From an uncultured Candidatus Saccharibacteria bacterium (GTDB lineage: Bacteria; Patescibacteriota; Minisyncoccia; Phycocordibacterales; CALRHW01): a stretch of 64,000 nt of DNA. The stretch covers positions 96,227 through 160,226 of the forward strand of contig CAYOUG010000001.1 of assembly GCA_964407105.1 (NCBI GenBank), given 5' to 3'. Every line of letters starts with the position of its first letter. The first letter of the stretch is position 1. This document shows, in pieces, positions 50,058-60,309 of this stretch. The notes beneath the pieces were generated by a model that saw only the letters and a program-made list of their open reading frames with translations, was not told the origin of the DNA and ran no database searches. Position numbers and translations under genes: made by a program.

Positions 50058-51182
50058 CTACTTTTTCAACACTTCAATCCCTGGCAACGTACCGTTTGCG
50101 AGAAAATCCAACATTGCCCCTCCTCCAGAAGACACGAAACTAAATTTATCTTCAATATGAAGCTCGGCAATAGCAGAGAGTGTGTCGGCGCCGCCGATCA
50201 CCGACTCGGCGGTGCTTTCTGCAATTTTTTTTGCAAGCTCAAGTGTTCCACCCTTAAAACCAATTTCAAAGTTTCCCAGCGGACCATTCCATAAAACATA
50301 TTTAGAAGAATCCACAATTTCACCAAGCGCCCCAAGAGCACTAGGGCCAGCATCTAAAATCATATCGTCGTCTGTTACGTTTGTCGGCAACTTTACTTCT
50401 ATTGTCTCTCCCCTTTTTACCACCACATCAATTGGTAATATAATTTTTTTATTTTCCAAAAGTTTTTTTAGTTCAAAATTTCCATCTGAAACAACAGATG
50501 CGCCTACGTTATATCCCATTTCCTTAAAAAAATTGTTAGCAAGTGCACCACCCACAAAAACAGTGTCTGCAATTTCTAAAAATTTTGTTATGAGAGGAAT
50601 TTTTGTATCAAACTTTGCACCGCCAAGAATAAACAAGAAAGGATGTGGTGGATTAAAGGTTTTTGATAAATTTTCTACTTCATTTTCAAAAAGTAAGCCG
50701 GCGTAAGAAGGAATAATTGATGGAATACCCACAACAGAAGCATGTTTTCTATGAGAAACAGAAAAAGCTTCATTCACATAAATATCCGCAAGAGAAGCAA
50801 GCAATCGAGCAAACTCAGGGTCATTTTCTTTTTCTCCTGGATACTGGCGAAGATTTTCGAGAAGTAACATTTCTCCTTCAGCAAGGGCACTCACAGCAGA
50901 AACGGTTGCATCATCTACATATTTTTCAACAAAAGAAATTGGCAACGTGCGTTTTAAATATTCAAATGGAATTTTCAAAGACGTAAGCTCTTTTCCTTCA
51001 CAATGACTGATAATAATAATTTTTGCTCCTGCATTACGTAACCATTCTATGGTTGGCATCGACTTTCTAATACGAAAATCATCAGTAATAACTCCGTCTT
51101 GCACGGGCACATTTAAATCAAGTCGAAGTAAGATTTTTTTACCGCGAATATCCCCCGCGTCTTTTATTGATCGTAATTTCAT
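50058..51182 (-). CDS. pgk: Phosphoglycerate kinase
   Basis: DLNVP, LLENLR, WNGPLG, SGGGAML. Confidence 0.96.
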   Translation of the reverse strand: MKLRSIKDAGDIRGKKILLRLDLNVPVQDGVITDDFRIRKSMPTIEWLRNAGAKIIIISHCEGKELTSLKIPFEYLKRTLPISFVEKYVDDATVSAVSALAEGEMLLLENLRQYPGEKENDPEFARLLASLADIYVNEAFSVSHRKHASVVGIPSIIPSYAGLLFENEVENLSKTFNPPHPFLFILGGAKFDTKIPLITKFLEIADTVFVGGALANNFFKEMGYNVGASVVSDGNFELKKLLENKKIILPIDVVVKRGETIEVKLPTNVTDDDMILDAGPSALGALGEIVDSSKYVLWNGPLGNFEIGFKGGTLELAKKIAESTAESVIGGADTLSAIAELHIEDKFSFVSSGGGAMLDFLANGTLPGIEVLKK

Positions 51183-51193
51183 AAATATTTTCT

Positions 51194-51967
51194 CTATGCC
51201 TTTGCTACAATACTGATAATTTCTCCGAAATTTACCGCTTCCAAGCTTTGTCGCCCCACAAGAAATCCATCTATTTGTCCTTGTTCAGCAATGTCTCTTG
51301 CGTTTATCGGTGCCACAGATCCACCGTATAAAATTAGTGTTTGTGCAGATTCATCTTTACCATAAGAATCAGCAAGGATTTTTTTAATGAAAATAGAGAT
51401 CTCCTGCACATCTTTTCCTGCCATTGCATTATTATAATTTTTACCCACCGCCCACACCGGCTCATAAGCAACCACGATTTGTTTAATTGTTTTTTTATTC
51501 ACTTTCGCAAGTGATTCGGTTATCTGATTTTTTAAAAAGGTTAAATATTCTCCGTTTTGATCGCGTTCTTTTTCACCAACACACACGATAACTTTTAGTC
51601 CTTCTTTTAAGGACGACTCAATTTTTCTTGCTACCACCTCATTTGTTTCTCCCATCGCTCGCTTTTCCGAATGACCAATAATGACATACTCACAACCTAC
51701 AGCACGAAGCATTTTTGCACTAACTTGACCAGTAAAAGAGCCGGATTCTTCTTCAAACACATCTTGCGCACCCATATGCACAGGCTCAACAGACCTTGAA
51801 AGTGTTTGTATAAACGGATACGGCGGACACACCGCCACTTCTACCCCACTATTTTTTACAGAAACTCTTTTAATACCTCTAAAAATTTTCTTCGCCTCCT
51901 CTAACGTTGACGGATTCATTTTCCAATTTCCCACCACCAATCTCTTTCGTTTTGCTCCATTTTTCAT
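51194..51967 (-). CDS. tpiA: Triosephosphate isomerase
   Basis: GNWKMN, GHSE, AYEPVWA, YGGSV. Confidence 0.96.
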   Translation of the reverse strand: MKNGAKRKRLVVGNWKMNPSTLEEAKKIFRGIKRVSVKNSGVEVAVCPPYPFIQTLSRSVEPVHMGAQDVFEEESGSFTGQVSAKMLRAVGCEYVIIGHSEKRAMGETNEVVARKIESSLKEGLKVIVCVGEKERDQNGEYLTFLKNQITESLAKVNKKTIKQIVVAYEPVWAVGKNYNNAMAGKDVQEISIFIKKILADSYGKDESAQTLILYGGSVAPINARDIAEQGQIDGFLVGRQSLEAVNFGEIISIVAKA

Positions 51968-52002
51968 AGGTTTATTTTACCACAACAAAAAACTAAAGAT
52001 TT

Positions 52003-53511
52003 TTATGATTCAACCTCTTCCCAAGACAAAATCTCATATTGATCGGACGTCAAAGGAAAACTTGGTGGTGGACCATAAAGCAAATTGGCATCATAACTAA
52101 TATTTCGAGTACAATATCCACTTCCAATCTGACCGATAGAACCACCGCAATTAAAACTGCTTCCGGTGTAAGTAAATCCATAACGTCCATAAGTACCAAT
52201 CATTCCATAAAGATTGATCGAATTTCGATGCCACCACGAAGTACCACTATTTGTACAACTTGTATTGTAATAATATCTTCCCACGCGACCGTTTTGTGCC
52301 ATAAGTGCGGCGTCTATATCAAGATTATCGTCACTAAATAATCCAATATTAATATTGTTCTGGGCAATTAATGCAATAACATCAGTTCCGTCGGTATTTG
52401 TGTAATTTAAATCATTGTTTACCGTTATACTTGTTCTGGTAGAAGGATTGTCAGGAAACTTTCCTGAAGCTACAGTCACACGAGTATTACTAATAGTGCC
52501 TTCCACCCACACATGGTCTTCCACAAAAATAAGACCGTTTGCGGGAACGTTGTATGTACCAACAAGAGTTTGTGATCCACCAGTTGTACCAATACTCCAC
52601 GTGCCCCACCCTGTCTGATTTTGACTATTTGTACAACCGCTCGGCGCTGAACGAAGTGTGTTTACTTTATACACCGACACAGTATCAGTACCGTTTATTG
52701 GATTAAATAAAAGACGATAACCAAGAGCTCCTGACGGTGCTAGATATTTACCGTTTGCCTGTGCGTCTGTTTTAATTTCTGCTAAATCAGAAGCAATACC
52801 CACAAAATCTACTGCTGGTACTGGAAACTGTCTTCCAGCTTCAAATACATCAAAATGACTTGGTACCGCAGCTGGTGGCAGTGGATCTGTGGGGCTAACG
52901 TGCGTATGGACAGCAAATTCTAATGGGTCTGTGCCTGATTCATCATGATCAGGATCATCATAGCTTGTAAGGGCACTTGAGACTATGTTGTGAGCTAAGC
53001 CATCAAAACGAATTCCACCGTTTGAATGAATCGGACCGAAAACTTCAGTACCTGCACCAAAACGCATATCGCTACTTGAAACAAAAGCAAATTTTGCAAA
53101 AGACGCAATAGCAAGACGAGATTCTACTTTGCGTGAGATTGACGGATCAGCAAGCACGGTACCTTTAGATGAAATTTTTACGATTGTTGATCCAATCGGC
53201 GGTGGTGTAATGGTAAGAACAAAACTTCCAATATCAACACCGTCTTTGTCTGCAAAATTATGTGTATATGGCCCAGGTTGTCCCGTACCATCTTGAAAAT
53301 CTTGTGGTGAATGCGCTAAGTGCCATCGATAATAATCTATCCCCGCCTCAGCAATCTGTATTGCCTGTTCTCTGTACGCCGCCCGCCTCGATAATTTTAT
53401 ATTTGTACTACCCCACATTATTAAGCCACCCATAATAACAACAGCGATAGACGCAAAAACAAGCGCTTGGATAACAATAAAACCTTTTGTCTTGTTTTGG
53501 TGCGTGATCAT
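52003..53511 (-). CDS. PilX-like minor pilin / pilus assembly protein
   Basis: KG|FIVIQ pilin-like N-terminus without E5, AEAGI motif, in pilus cluster. Confidence 0.75.
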   Translation of the reverse strand: MITHQNKTKGFIVIQALVFASIAVVIMGGLIMWGSTNIKLSRRAAYREQAIQIAEAGIDYYRWHLAHSPQDFQDGTGQPGPYTHNFADKDGVDIGSFVLTITPPPIGSTIVKISSKGTVLADPSISRKVESRLAIASFAKFAFVSSSDMRFGAGTEVFGPIHSNGGIRFDGLAHNIVSSALTSYDDPDHDESGTDPLEFAVHTHVSPTDPLPPAAVPSHFDVFEAGRQFPVPAVDFVGIASDLAEIKTDAQANGKYLAPSGALGYRLLFNPINGTDTVSVYKVNTLRSAPSGCTNSQNQTGWGTWSIGTTGGSQTLVGTYNVPANGLIFVEDHVWVEGTISNTRVTVASGKFPDNPSTRTSITVNNDLNYTNTDGTDVIALIAQNNINIGLFSDDNLDIDAALMAQNGRVGRYYYNTSCTNSGTSWWHRNSINLYGMIGTYGRYGFTYTGSSFNCGGSIGQIGSGYCTRNISYDANLLYGPPPSFPLTSDQYEILSWEEVES

Positions 53512-54125
53512 AAATTATCTTTAAGATTTCGAAGTGATACTTGAGATGTAGATGTAATAGCTCCTGGCGGACGATTTGTATCTGTGTCTATTATAACCGT
53601 AACTTTTACAAGACGCACAGAAAGAGTATTGATGGGTAAAGAAAGTGGAGATGTTGTACCACTATATGATGAATTGTAATAATCAAAAACAGGAGTGGTG
53701 GTTCCATTTCGCACATATTGAATGAGTGATTTTATTTGCTCGGTGCCAGTGTATACCACAGGACTCCCTGTAGGCTCAATAACACCCCTCTTCAAGGTTT
53801 GATTATCCAAATAATATCTCACTTTTTCTTTTTGTCCGTCGTTATCAATATCTCCATAAAAAGTAATCGTACTTGTCGCGGCTTGAGCAATAGGATATGC
53901 ACCAGCCCCAGATGGTGACATTGAACGCATTTCACTTATCATGGTTTTAAGTACACGACCCGCCTGAAATTGCGCATTAAGACTTCCCTGCAAAGAAGTA
54001 TTGAGTGAAAATATATCTTTTTGAAATGTGGTAAGTGCGATAGCAATTGTAGAAAAAATGGTTATTGTAACCAGCACTTCTACAAGTGTTAATCCTCCTC
54101 TTTTTTTGTAAAAAAGATTTTGCAT
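53508..54125 (-). CDS. Type IV minor prepilin (PilW/PulJ-like)
   Basis: G|LTLVEVLV N-methylation motif. Confidence 0.85.
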   Translation of the reverse strand: MQNLFYKKRGGLTLVEVLVTITIFSTIAIALTTFQKDIFSLNTSLQGSLNAQFQAGRVLKTMISEMRSMSPSGAGAYPIAQAATSTITFYGDIDNDGQKEKVRYYLDNQTLKRGVIEPTGSPVVYTGTEQIKSLIQYVRNGTTTPVFDYYNSSYSGTTSPLSLPINTLSVRLVKVTVIIDTDTNRPPGAITSTSQVSLRNLKDNL

Positions 54126-54126
54126 T

Positions 54127-55917
54127 TTATTCTGGTAGCAAAGTTATTTCATAACTTTGCCAATCAAGTAATACCGGCGCTATTACCTCAACCGTTTCAT
54201 AACCCTCTTTAGATATTGTGAGTGTGTATGGGCCGGTACTTAAACCAGAAAAAAGAGCTTGCCCTGGAGGAATACATTCAGAGGTATATGTAAAAGAAAT
54301 TTGTGCAAGATTTGGTGTTAAGGTTGTGCTTGCGGTATTAAAAAGTAATTTATATCTTAAATATCTATCACCGTTATGTACCGAACTTATATTTGCATTA
54401 GAGGTTGTATAATATGACCCTGCTGTACCGTCTGGTCCCAAAAATGTCCAAGGGCTGGATGTGCTGTTGTTTGTGGCAACCTGAAAACGAACGTTGTCTG
54501 ACCCCGTTTCTGGTTGTTGACTTACTGGTTCCCACACAAGATTATTGAAATTACTTGTAGTGCCTGTATCAAAAGTAGAGCTTGTAAGAATTCCATCTGT
54601 TACATATTCACCAAACACATTACGTAAACGAAGTTCTCCGGCGGGGTTGTTGGTATCAATATTTCCATCAGAAGAGAAAAATTTAGTTTCATCGTCTGCA
54701 AATTCAACCTGTCCACTTCCACCCGACCAATCACTTTGCGTATAAAAACCTTGTCCAGTAATACGTTCTTCTGTAGAGCCAGCGGAATATTCAAGTTTGG
54801 CTTTAGCGCCAGACAATGGCAATTGAGTACTTGCATCTTTTACTGATACAAGTGCACTCTTAGGATTTTTTGGTGCAACAATTAAATCAACATCCTGCGT
54901 ACTGTTTGCAACTATATTAAATGGGTTTTGTGGATTCATACCCACAAATTCGTATGCACTATCGGTAAGTTCTAGAGAATATGAATCCCACTCAATATCT
55001 GAAATTGTTTTTTTACCACTACCATTCGTTACGTGATTGGCAACATATTTTTTTACATCTGGATTAATCCCAATAAGTTTTGAGCCTTCTAGAGAAAAAT
55101 CTACCGAACCCACTGGTCCACAAGAAGGCGTAATACTAGAAACCTTAATCGTACTTACTTTGTCTATCACAAAAGTAATTTGTGTTACCTGTTGAATTGC
55201 CACTGTGGCGTCAGGCTTTAATGGATTTGGATTGGCTGGATCACCCGGAGTATAAGTTTTATCTGTTGTGTATCCATCTTTTGTCACTACAATTTCATAT
55301 GCATTTACACCTGGTGGCACATCTACAATCTGAAGCATTCCCAATGTGTTTGAAACATCATCTATTACAAGCGCTGGATTTGGTTGATTATTCTCAATAT
55401 GTACATCAGCGTCTTCCACGGGTTCTCCATTAGCATCAAGAACTTGAACAAAAAGTGCTCCATTAGTAGAAGCTGTTTCAAGATTTTTTGGTGCAACACG
55501 AGAAGTTACTTTCATTGCAGAAAAATTTTTACAAGTATCACAGGTTACCTCTACTTCAGCAAGTTTGTAATCTGCTGGAGACAAATCGTTTGGAGATCCA
55601 CCGATGGTACCGTCAAAAGGATCATCAACGTTTCGAACGGTTGTGATCACATTAAAAGAAATTCCATCTCTTATAAGTGTTTGCTCATGATCAAGTAATC
55701 CAGATGGAATAGAGTTTAAAATACCCACATCTGCGTACTCAAGATTACGTATTATTTCAAATTGTTCGTTGATAAGATTTGCTGCGGTAATTTTTACACG
55801 CGCGACACTCACAACACCATAAATGGAAGAGTAACCACCATAAACACTTATAGCAATAAGTAAAAAGAGTGCGACACCGACTACAACTTCGACCAATGTA
55901 AGACCTTTTTTATTCAT
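54127..55917 (-). CDS. Large prepilin with carboxypeptidase-regulatory-like beta domains
   Basis: KG|LTLVEVVV; V.V.D..G.P and Y...V.K.GY repeats. Confidence 0.8.
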   Translation of the reverse strand: MNKKGLTLVEVVVGVALFLLIAISVYGGYSSIYGVVSVARVKITAANLINEQFEIIRNLEYADVGILNSIPSGLLDHEQTLIRDGISFNVITTVRNVDDPFDGTIGGSPNDLSPADYKLAEVEVTCDTCKNFSAMKVTSRVAPKNLETASTNGALFVQVLDANGEPVEDADVHIENNQPNPALVIDDVSNTLGMLQIVDVPPGVNAYEIVVTKDGYTTDKTYTPGDPANPNPLKPDATVAIQQVTQITFVIDKVSTIKVSSITPSCGPVGSVDFSLEGSKLIGINPDVKKYVANHVTNGSGKKTISDIEWDSYSLELTDSAYEFVGMNPQNPFNIVANSTQDVDLIVAPKNPKSALVSVKDASTQLPLSGAKAKLEYSAGSTEERITGQGFYTQSDWSGGSGQVEFADDETKFFSSDGNIDTNNPAGELRLRNVFGEYVTDGILTSSTFDTGTTSNFNNLVWEPVSQQPETGSDNVRFQVATNNSTSSPWTFLGPDGTAGSYYTTSNANISSVHNGDRYLRYKLLFNTASTTLTPNLAQISFTYTSECIPPGQALFSGLSTGPYTLTISKEGYETVEVIAPVLLDWQSYEITLLPE

Positions 55918-55923
55918 GTGTAA

Positions 55924-57147
55924 TTAAATTGCGTCTGCAAGTGAATACATTGGGCCGAGCATAGAAATAGCAAAAAATCCAACAGCTATTCCGATAATCA
56001 CCATCAAAAACGGCTCAATAATAGTCGACATATCTTTTGTTTTTTGTTCAACCTCATCTTCATAAAATTCGGCGACATTTGAAAGCATTGCGGACAATTT
56101 GCCTGTTTCCTCACCAATATTTACCATTTCTCCCACAAAAACCGGATAAAGTTTTTCGTTTGTTAAAAAAATATTTGAAATCGGATCGCCTTTTTCAACA
56201 TTTTTTTCCGCCTGCTGAAGCACATTTTTATAATATGAATTTTGGATAACATCACGAGTAATACGCATAGCCACAAGCACATCAACACCAGAAGAGAGAA
56301 GTGAAGAAAGTGTGCGTGCGGTACGTGCTGAGTTTACATTTTTTACGATACCAGAAATAAGTGGAATATGTAAAATGATAGTGTCAAACGTTCTTTTACC
56401 ACGCGAGGTTTTTAAAAATATTTTAAGACCAATTCCCACCACAACAATAAAAATCAAACTCACTAAAATATTATTTTTCAAAAAATCAGAGAAAAAGATG
56501 ACAAGCTTTGTAGATACTGGCAAATTAACATTTAACTCACGAAATGTAGCAGTAAGTGTTGGTACAAGATAAATAAGCATGAGTACACCAATCACAACCA
56601 TAATAGAAATAATGATGATTGGATAAATAAGTGCTCCACGAATTTTCTTTGTAAGAGAGTGGGCTTTTTCGAGCTGTGAAGCAACTATTTTTAATGCTCC
56701 AGTAACACCACCACTTTCCTCGCCAGACTTAACCATTGAAACAAAAAGAGAAGAGAATACATCTGGATGTTTTGCCATAGCTTCACTAAGCGCACTTCCC
56801 TTTCCAATATCAGCGTTAATTGTAGACACGACCGATTTAAGTTTTTTACTTTTTGATTGTCGTTCAAGTACAGAAAGTGCTCGCGCCATAGGCAAACCAG
56901 CCTCTATCATGGTGCCAAGATTTTTGGCAAACATAATCTTGTCTACCATTTTTACTTTTCCAAATAAATTACGAAAACTAAAACCACTACCAAACCCAGT
57001 TTTTTTGTTTCCTTTTTCCTCCGCAAAAATAACCGTGTCACCCTCAAGCTTTATCTGCTGATAAAGCGCTGATTTACTTGCAGCTTCACGTGCACCCTCG
57101 TATGTTTCACCTGTTGATTTTGTGGCTTTGAAATTAAAAATTGGCAT
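55924..57147 (-). CDS. pilC: Type IV pilus platform protein PilC/GspF
   Basis: GEESG, ALIYP, GEETGKL, IIEP. Confidence 0.92.
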   Translation of the reverse strand: MPIFNFKATKSTGETYEGAREAASKSALYQQIKLEGDTVIFAEEKGNKKTGFGSGFSFRNLFGKVKMVDKIMFAKNLGTMIEAGLPMARALSVLERQSKSKKLKSVVSTINADIGKGSALSEAMAKHPDVFSSLFVSMVKSGEESGGVTGALKIVASQLEKAHSLTKKIRGALIYPIIIISIMVVIGVLMLIYLVPTLTATFRELNVNLPVSTKLVIFFSDFLKNNILVSLIFIVVVGIGLKIFLKTSRGKRTFDTIILHIPLISGIVKNVNSARTARTLSSLLSSGVDVLVAMRITRDVIQNSYYKNVLQQAEKNVEKGDPISNIFLTNEKLYPVFVGEMVNIGEETGKLSAMLSNVAEFYEDEVEQKTKDMSTIIEPFLMVIIGIAVGFFAISMLGPMYSLADAI

Positions 57148-57161
57148 ATATTTTTTTCACA

Positions 57162-58916
57162 TTATTCTGATACCACACGCAAAATTTCTTCTATTGTTGT
57201 GTGACCTTGTACCGCTTTAAACATTCCGTCTTCAATCATAGTAAGCATACCTTCTTCTTTGGCGACCTTTTCTATTTCTTTGTCTGTTTTTCCTTGCATC
57301 ACAAGCTCTTTTATAGCGGGTGACATTTTAAATACTTCATAAATTCCTACACGACCAGAAAAAGCTTCATCTGTATCCATTCCAGCTTTTGGTCTATAAA
57401 GAGGAATTTTGTCCCACGTTACTTTGCCCTCAACGATTTTTTCATCTTTCAAAAACTTAAGCACACGATCAAGATCAATGGTTTTTTTGAGAGTTTCGAT
57501 TTCAGCTGAAGAAAGAAAATATTTTTCTTTCTTTTCGGTTAATTTTCGCACGAGACGTTGAGCGATAACGATACTGACTGTTGAAACAATCAAAAACGGT
57601 TCGACCTTCATATCCATAAGTCTAGGAATGGCACCTGCTGCACTATTTGTATGAAGAGTTGAGAGCACCAAATGTCCAGTAAGTGATGCATTCACCGCGA
57701 GAGACGCTGTTTCATTGTCACGAATTTCACCCACCATAATGATGTCTGGATCTTGACGCACGAGTGTTCGCAAACCGTTGCTAAAAGTGAGACCTATTTC
57801 AGATTTTACTTGTGTTTGATTTACACGTTCCATCTGATACTCCACAGGATCTTCAATAGTAGAAATATTTACGTCTGGTGTATTTAAAATATCCAAAAGA
57901 GTATAAAGTGTGGTGGTTTTTCCAGAACCAGTAGGACCGGTGGTAAGAATCATACCGGTTGTAAGACTTGATGCTTTATGAATTTGTTCTAAAGCTTCTC
58001 CATGAAAACCAAGAACTTCCAAAGTAAAACCGGAAGCAGATTCTCGAAGTAAACGCATCACTATTTTTTCACCATAATAAATTGGAAGTGTTGAAACACG
58101 AAACGACACTTTTTCACTATTCATATCAGTTTTAAAACGTCCGTCTTGTGGTAAACGCTTTTCATCAAGTTTAAGATTTGAAAGAACCTTAATACGCGCG
58201 CTAATACTTGGACCAATATTTTTAGGCAGTGTCATGGCATCATGAAGCATACCGTCTATTCGATAGCGTACCACCACCTGATTTTCAAGTGGCTCGATAT
58301 GGATATCAGATGCATTTTGAATAATGGCGTGCTTTAAAAGAGTGTCCACAATACGCACCACCGGCATATCTTCTGCAAGTTTTTTTAGATCGCCCTCAGA
58401 AATATCTTCGCCCAAATCTCCTTCAGCAACAGTTTTAAGTGATGTCGCCTCTTTTTGAATAATGTCTCCAAATTCCGCTTTAAGACTTTTTTGATACTGC
58501 AAAAGTGCACTTTTCATTGACTCGCTGTCGGTCAAACGTGGCAAAATTTTTAACCCAACTTTCTTTTTAACAAAATCAATAGTGGTGAGATTGGCGATAT
58601 CGAGCATGGCTACCTCGAGGCCTGCAGAAGTTTTTTTGAAACTCACAACATTGTGATTGCGAGCAATCGGCTCAGGAATAAGAGCAAGTACATCAAAGTC
58701 AAGTTTTTGTCCTTTGAGATCAACAAAAGGAATACCTAAAATGTGTGCGTGAATACGACGTAAATCATCTTCACTTATTTTTCCATTACTTACTAGAATT
58801 TCACCAATACTTTGTTCATTTTTTTCAGATTCTTTTTCTGCTTCAGCTAAATCAGCTTTGGATACAAGTCCGGCGTCGATTATAAAATCTTTAAATTGTT
58901 TTTCTTCAATGTGCAT
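57162..58916 (-). CDS. pilB: Type IV pilus assembly ATPase PilB/GspE
   Basis: ASDIHIEP, GPTGSGKTTT, RQDPDIIMVGEIRD, STLHTN. Confidence 0.93.
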   Translation of the reverse strand: MHIEEKQFKDFIIDAGLVSKADLAEAEKESEKNEQSIGEILVSNGKISEDDLRRIHAHILGIPFVDLKGQKLDFDVLALIPEPIARNHNVVSFKKTSAGLEVAMLDIANLTTIDFVKKKVGLKILPRLTDSESMKSALLQYQKSLKAEFGDIIQKEATSLKTVAEGDLGEDISEGDLKKLAEDMPVVRIVDTLLKHAIIQNASDIHIEPLENQVVVRYRIDGMLHDAMTLPKNIGPSISARIKVLSNLKLDEKRLPQDGRFKTDMNSEKVSFRVSTLPIYYGEKIVMRLLRESASGFTLEVLGFHGEALEQIHKASSLTTGMILTTGPTGSGKTTTLYTLLDILNTPDVNISTIEDPVEYQMERVNQTQVKSEIGLTFSNGLRTLVRQDPDIIMVGEIRDNETASLAVNASLTGHLVLSTLHTNSAAGAIPRLMDMKVEPFLIVSTVSIVIAQRLVRKLTEKKEKYFLSSAEIETLKKTIDLDRVLKFLKDEKIVEGKVTWDKIPLYRPKAGMDTDEAFSGRVGIYEVFKMSPAIKELVMQGKTDKEIEKVAKEEGMLTMIEDGMFKAVQGHTTIEEILRVVSE

Positions 58917-58951
58917 AAAATAAATTTAGAATGTACGTACATTTAGTATAG

Positions 58952-58990
58952 CAAAAAAAAATACGTATCTGTGTGGATACGTATTTTTTT
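58952..58990. terminator. Terminator
   Basis: aaaaaaaaatacgtatc-tgtg-gatacgtatttttttt. Confidence 0.7.
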
Positions 58991-59009
58991 ATTTAAAATT
59001 TTTATTTAA

Positions 59010-59942
59010 TTAAATTGCTGAACCGTTGACTTGAATTGAGGAGTTTAATTCTGAAAGTATCGGTTGTATATTGGTTGTGTCAAAAGTACTGGAAGCACCA
59101 CCAGCTAACGATGCATTCGAATAAGCTTTTGGCGCGTATCCGGTTCGTGTAAACGTACCTTCACTAGCATCAGCACCAACTGGAATTCCAGACACAGAAA
59201 GATCAACATAAATCTTTATAGGAGAACTTGTTAGGTTTGTTACTCTATATTGATGCCCAGAACCACCACCAGAAGATGAAACACCTATATATGTTATAGA
59301 AAAAATAGAAGGTGTACCACCGATACTATTGGTTGGGCTAGCTGGCTGAACACCACTAAAGTTTGACATTGTTGCAAATTGTAAACCGCCAGAAGGCCAA
59401 ACAGTACGACAATCAACAACTCCTCCAGGAGCCATACAAAGACCTGTTCCTTGCACCTGTCCTTCTGCTATAACCTTTCCATTGGCTTCATAAAGCATAG
59501 AATTACCAAGTGTGGCTGTATTCGTAAACTTTGCAATTCTATTTACTGTTCCAGATCCACCCATTCCTCCACTGCCTCCGGTAGGCCAACCAGTAATACA
59601 AGGATCTGTTCCAATACAAAAACCTGAAGCTCTAACATTGCCGCTCACATGAACTTTTTCTGTTGGAGCTAAAACACCAAAACCAATACGGCCTGTTGGA
59701 ACATAAAGAGCCATATCAGTTGCCGTGACACCTGAACCAACAATCAAACCTCCGAGTTTAGTTTGAGCTGATCCGCCCACATGAAGTGGTGCATCACAAC
59801 CCGAAGTTCCTGTTGGACAATCAGGAGGTGAACCTGGTGGATTCGTCCACGCAGAAATAGTGGTAATGCCAGCGCTTAGTATGAGCGCGAGTATTAATAT
59901 TTTTAGATTGTTGATTATGTGGTTTTTTGTAAATGTGTTCAT
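59010..59942 (-). CDS. Secreted Gly/Ser-rich fibre-like protein
   Basis: Signal peptide, WTNPPGSPP..APLHVG..Q.K, GRIGFG..P..KVHV, GSGTVNRIAKF. Confidence 0.7.
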   Translation of the reverse strand: MNTFTKNHIINNLKILILALILSAGITTISAWTNPPGSPPDCPTGTSGCDAPLHVGGSAQTKLGGLIVGSGVTATDMALYVPTGRIGFGVLAPTEKVHVSGNVRASGFCIGTDPCITGWPTGGSGGMGGSGTVNRIAKFTNTATLGNSMLYEANGKVIAEGQVQGTGLCMAPGGVVDCRTVWPSGGLQFATMSNFSGVQPASPTNSIGGTPSIFSITYIGVSSSGGGSGHQYRVTNLTSSPIKIYVDLSVSGIPVGADASEGTFTRTGYAPKAYSNASLAGGASSTFDTTNIQPILSELNSSIQVNGSAI

Positions 59943-59977
59943 GATATTGATATGTTTGTAATAAATTTATTGTAACA

Positions 59978-60298
59978 TTATTTTGCACTCATTGACTCTT
60001 GTAATTTCACACTTTGCTCTGGCGACAACACACTTTTACCTTTTGCCGTCATTTCTTTCTCAAGCTGTTTCTTTTGTTCATCAGTAATTACCGATGGACC
60101 TTTTGCAGACATGCTTTCCAAAAGAAGCTGTTCTGAAGATGGGACATTTTGATCTACAACATCCTGCTTCTTTTTAAACACCGTCACCAAAGCGATAATA
60201 ATAATAAGACAAGCAATAAACACAAGAATCCACTTTATCTTGTGATGATCTAGTGGCGCTAGTGTAGGAGTAAGAGAATTGTTATTTGTATAATCCAT
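59978..60298 (-). CDS. Single-TM hypothetical protein with ESMSAK repeats
   Basis: One TM helix; three L.E.M.AK repeats. Confidence 0.65.
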   Translation of the reverse strand: MDYTNNNSLTPTLAPLDHHKIKWILVFIACLIIIIALVTVFKKKQDVVDQNVPSSEQLLLESMSAKGPSVITDEQKKQLEKEMTAKGKSVLSPEQSVKLQESMSAK

Positions 60299-60309
60299 AA
60301 TTTCTTTAA

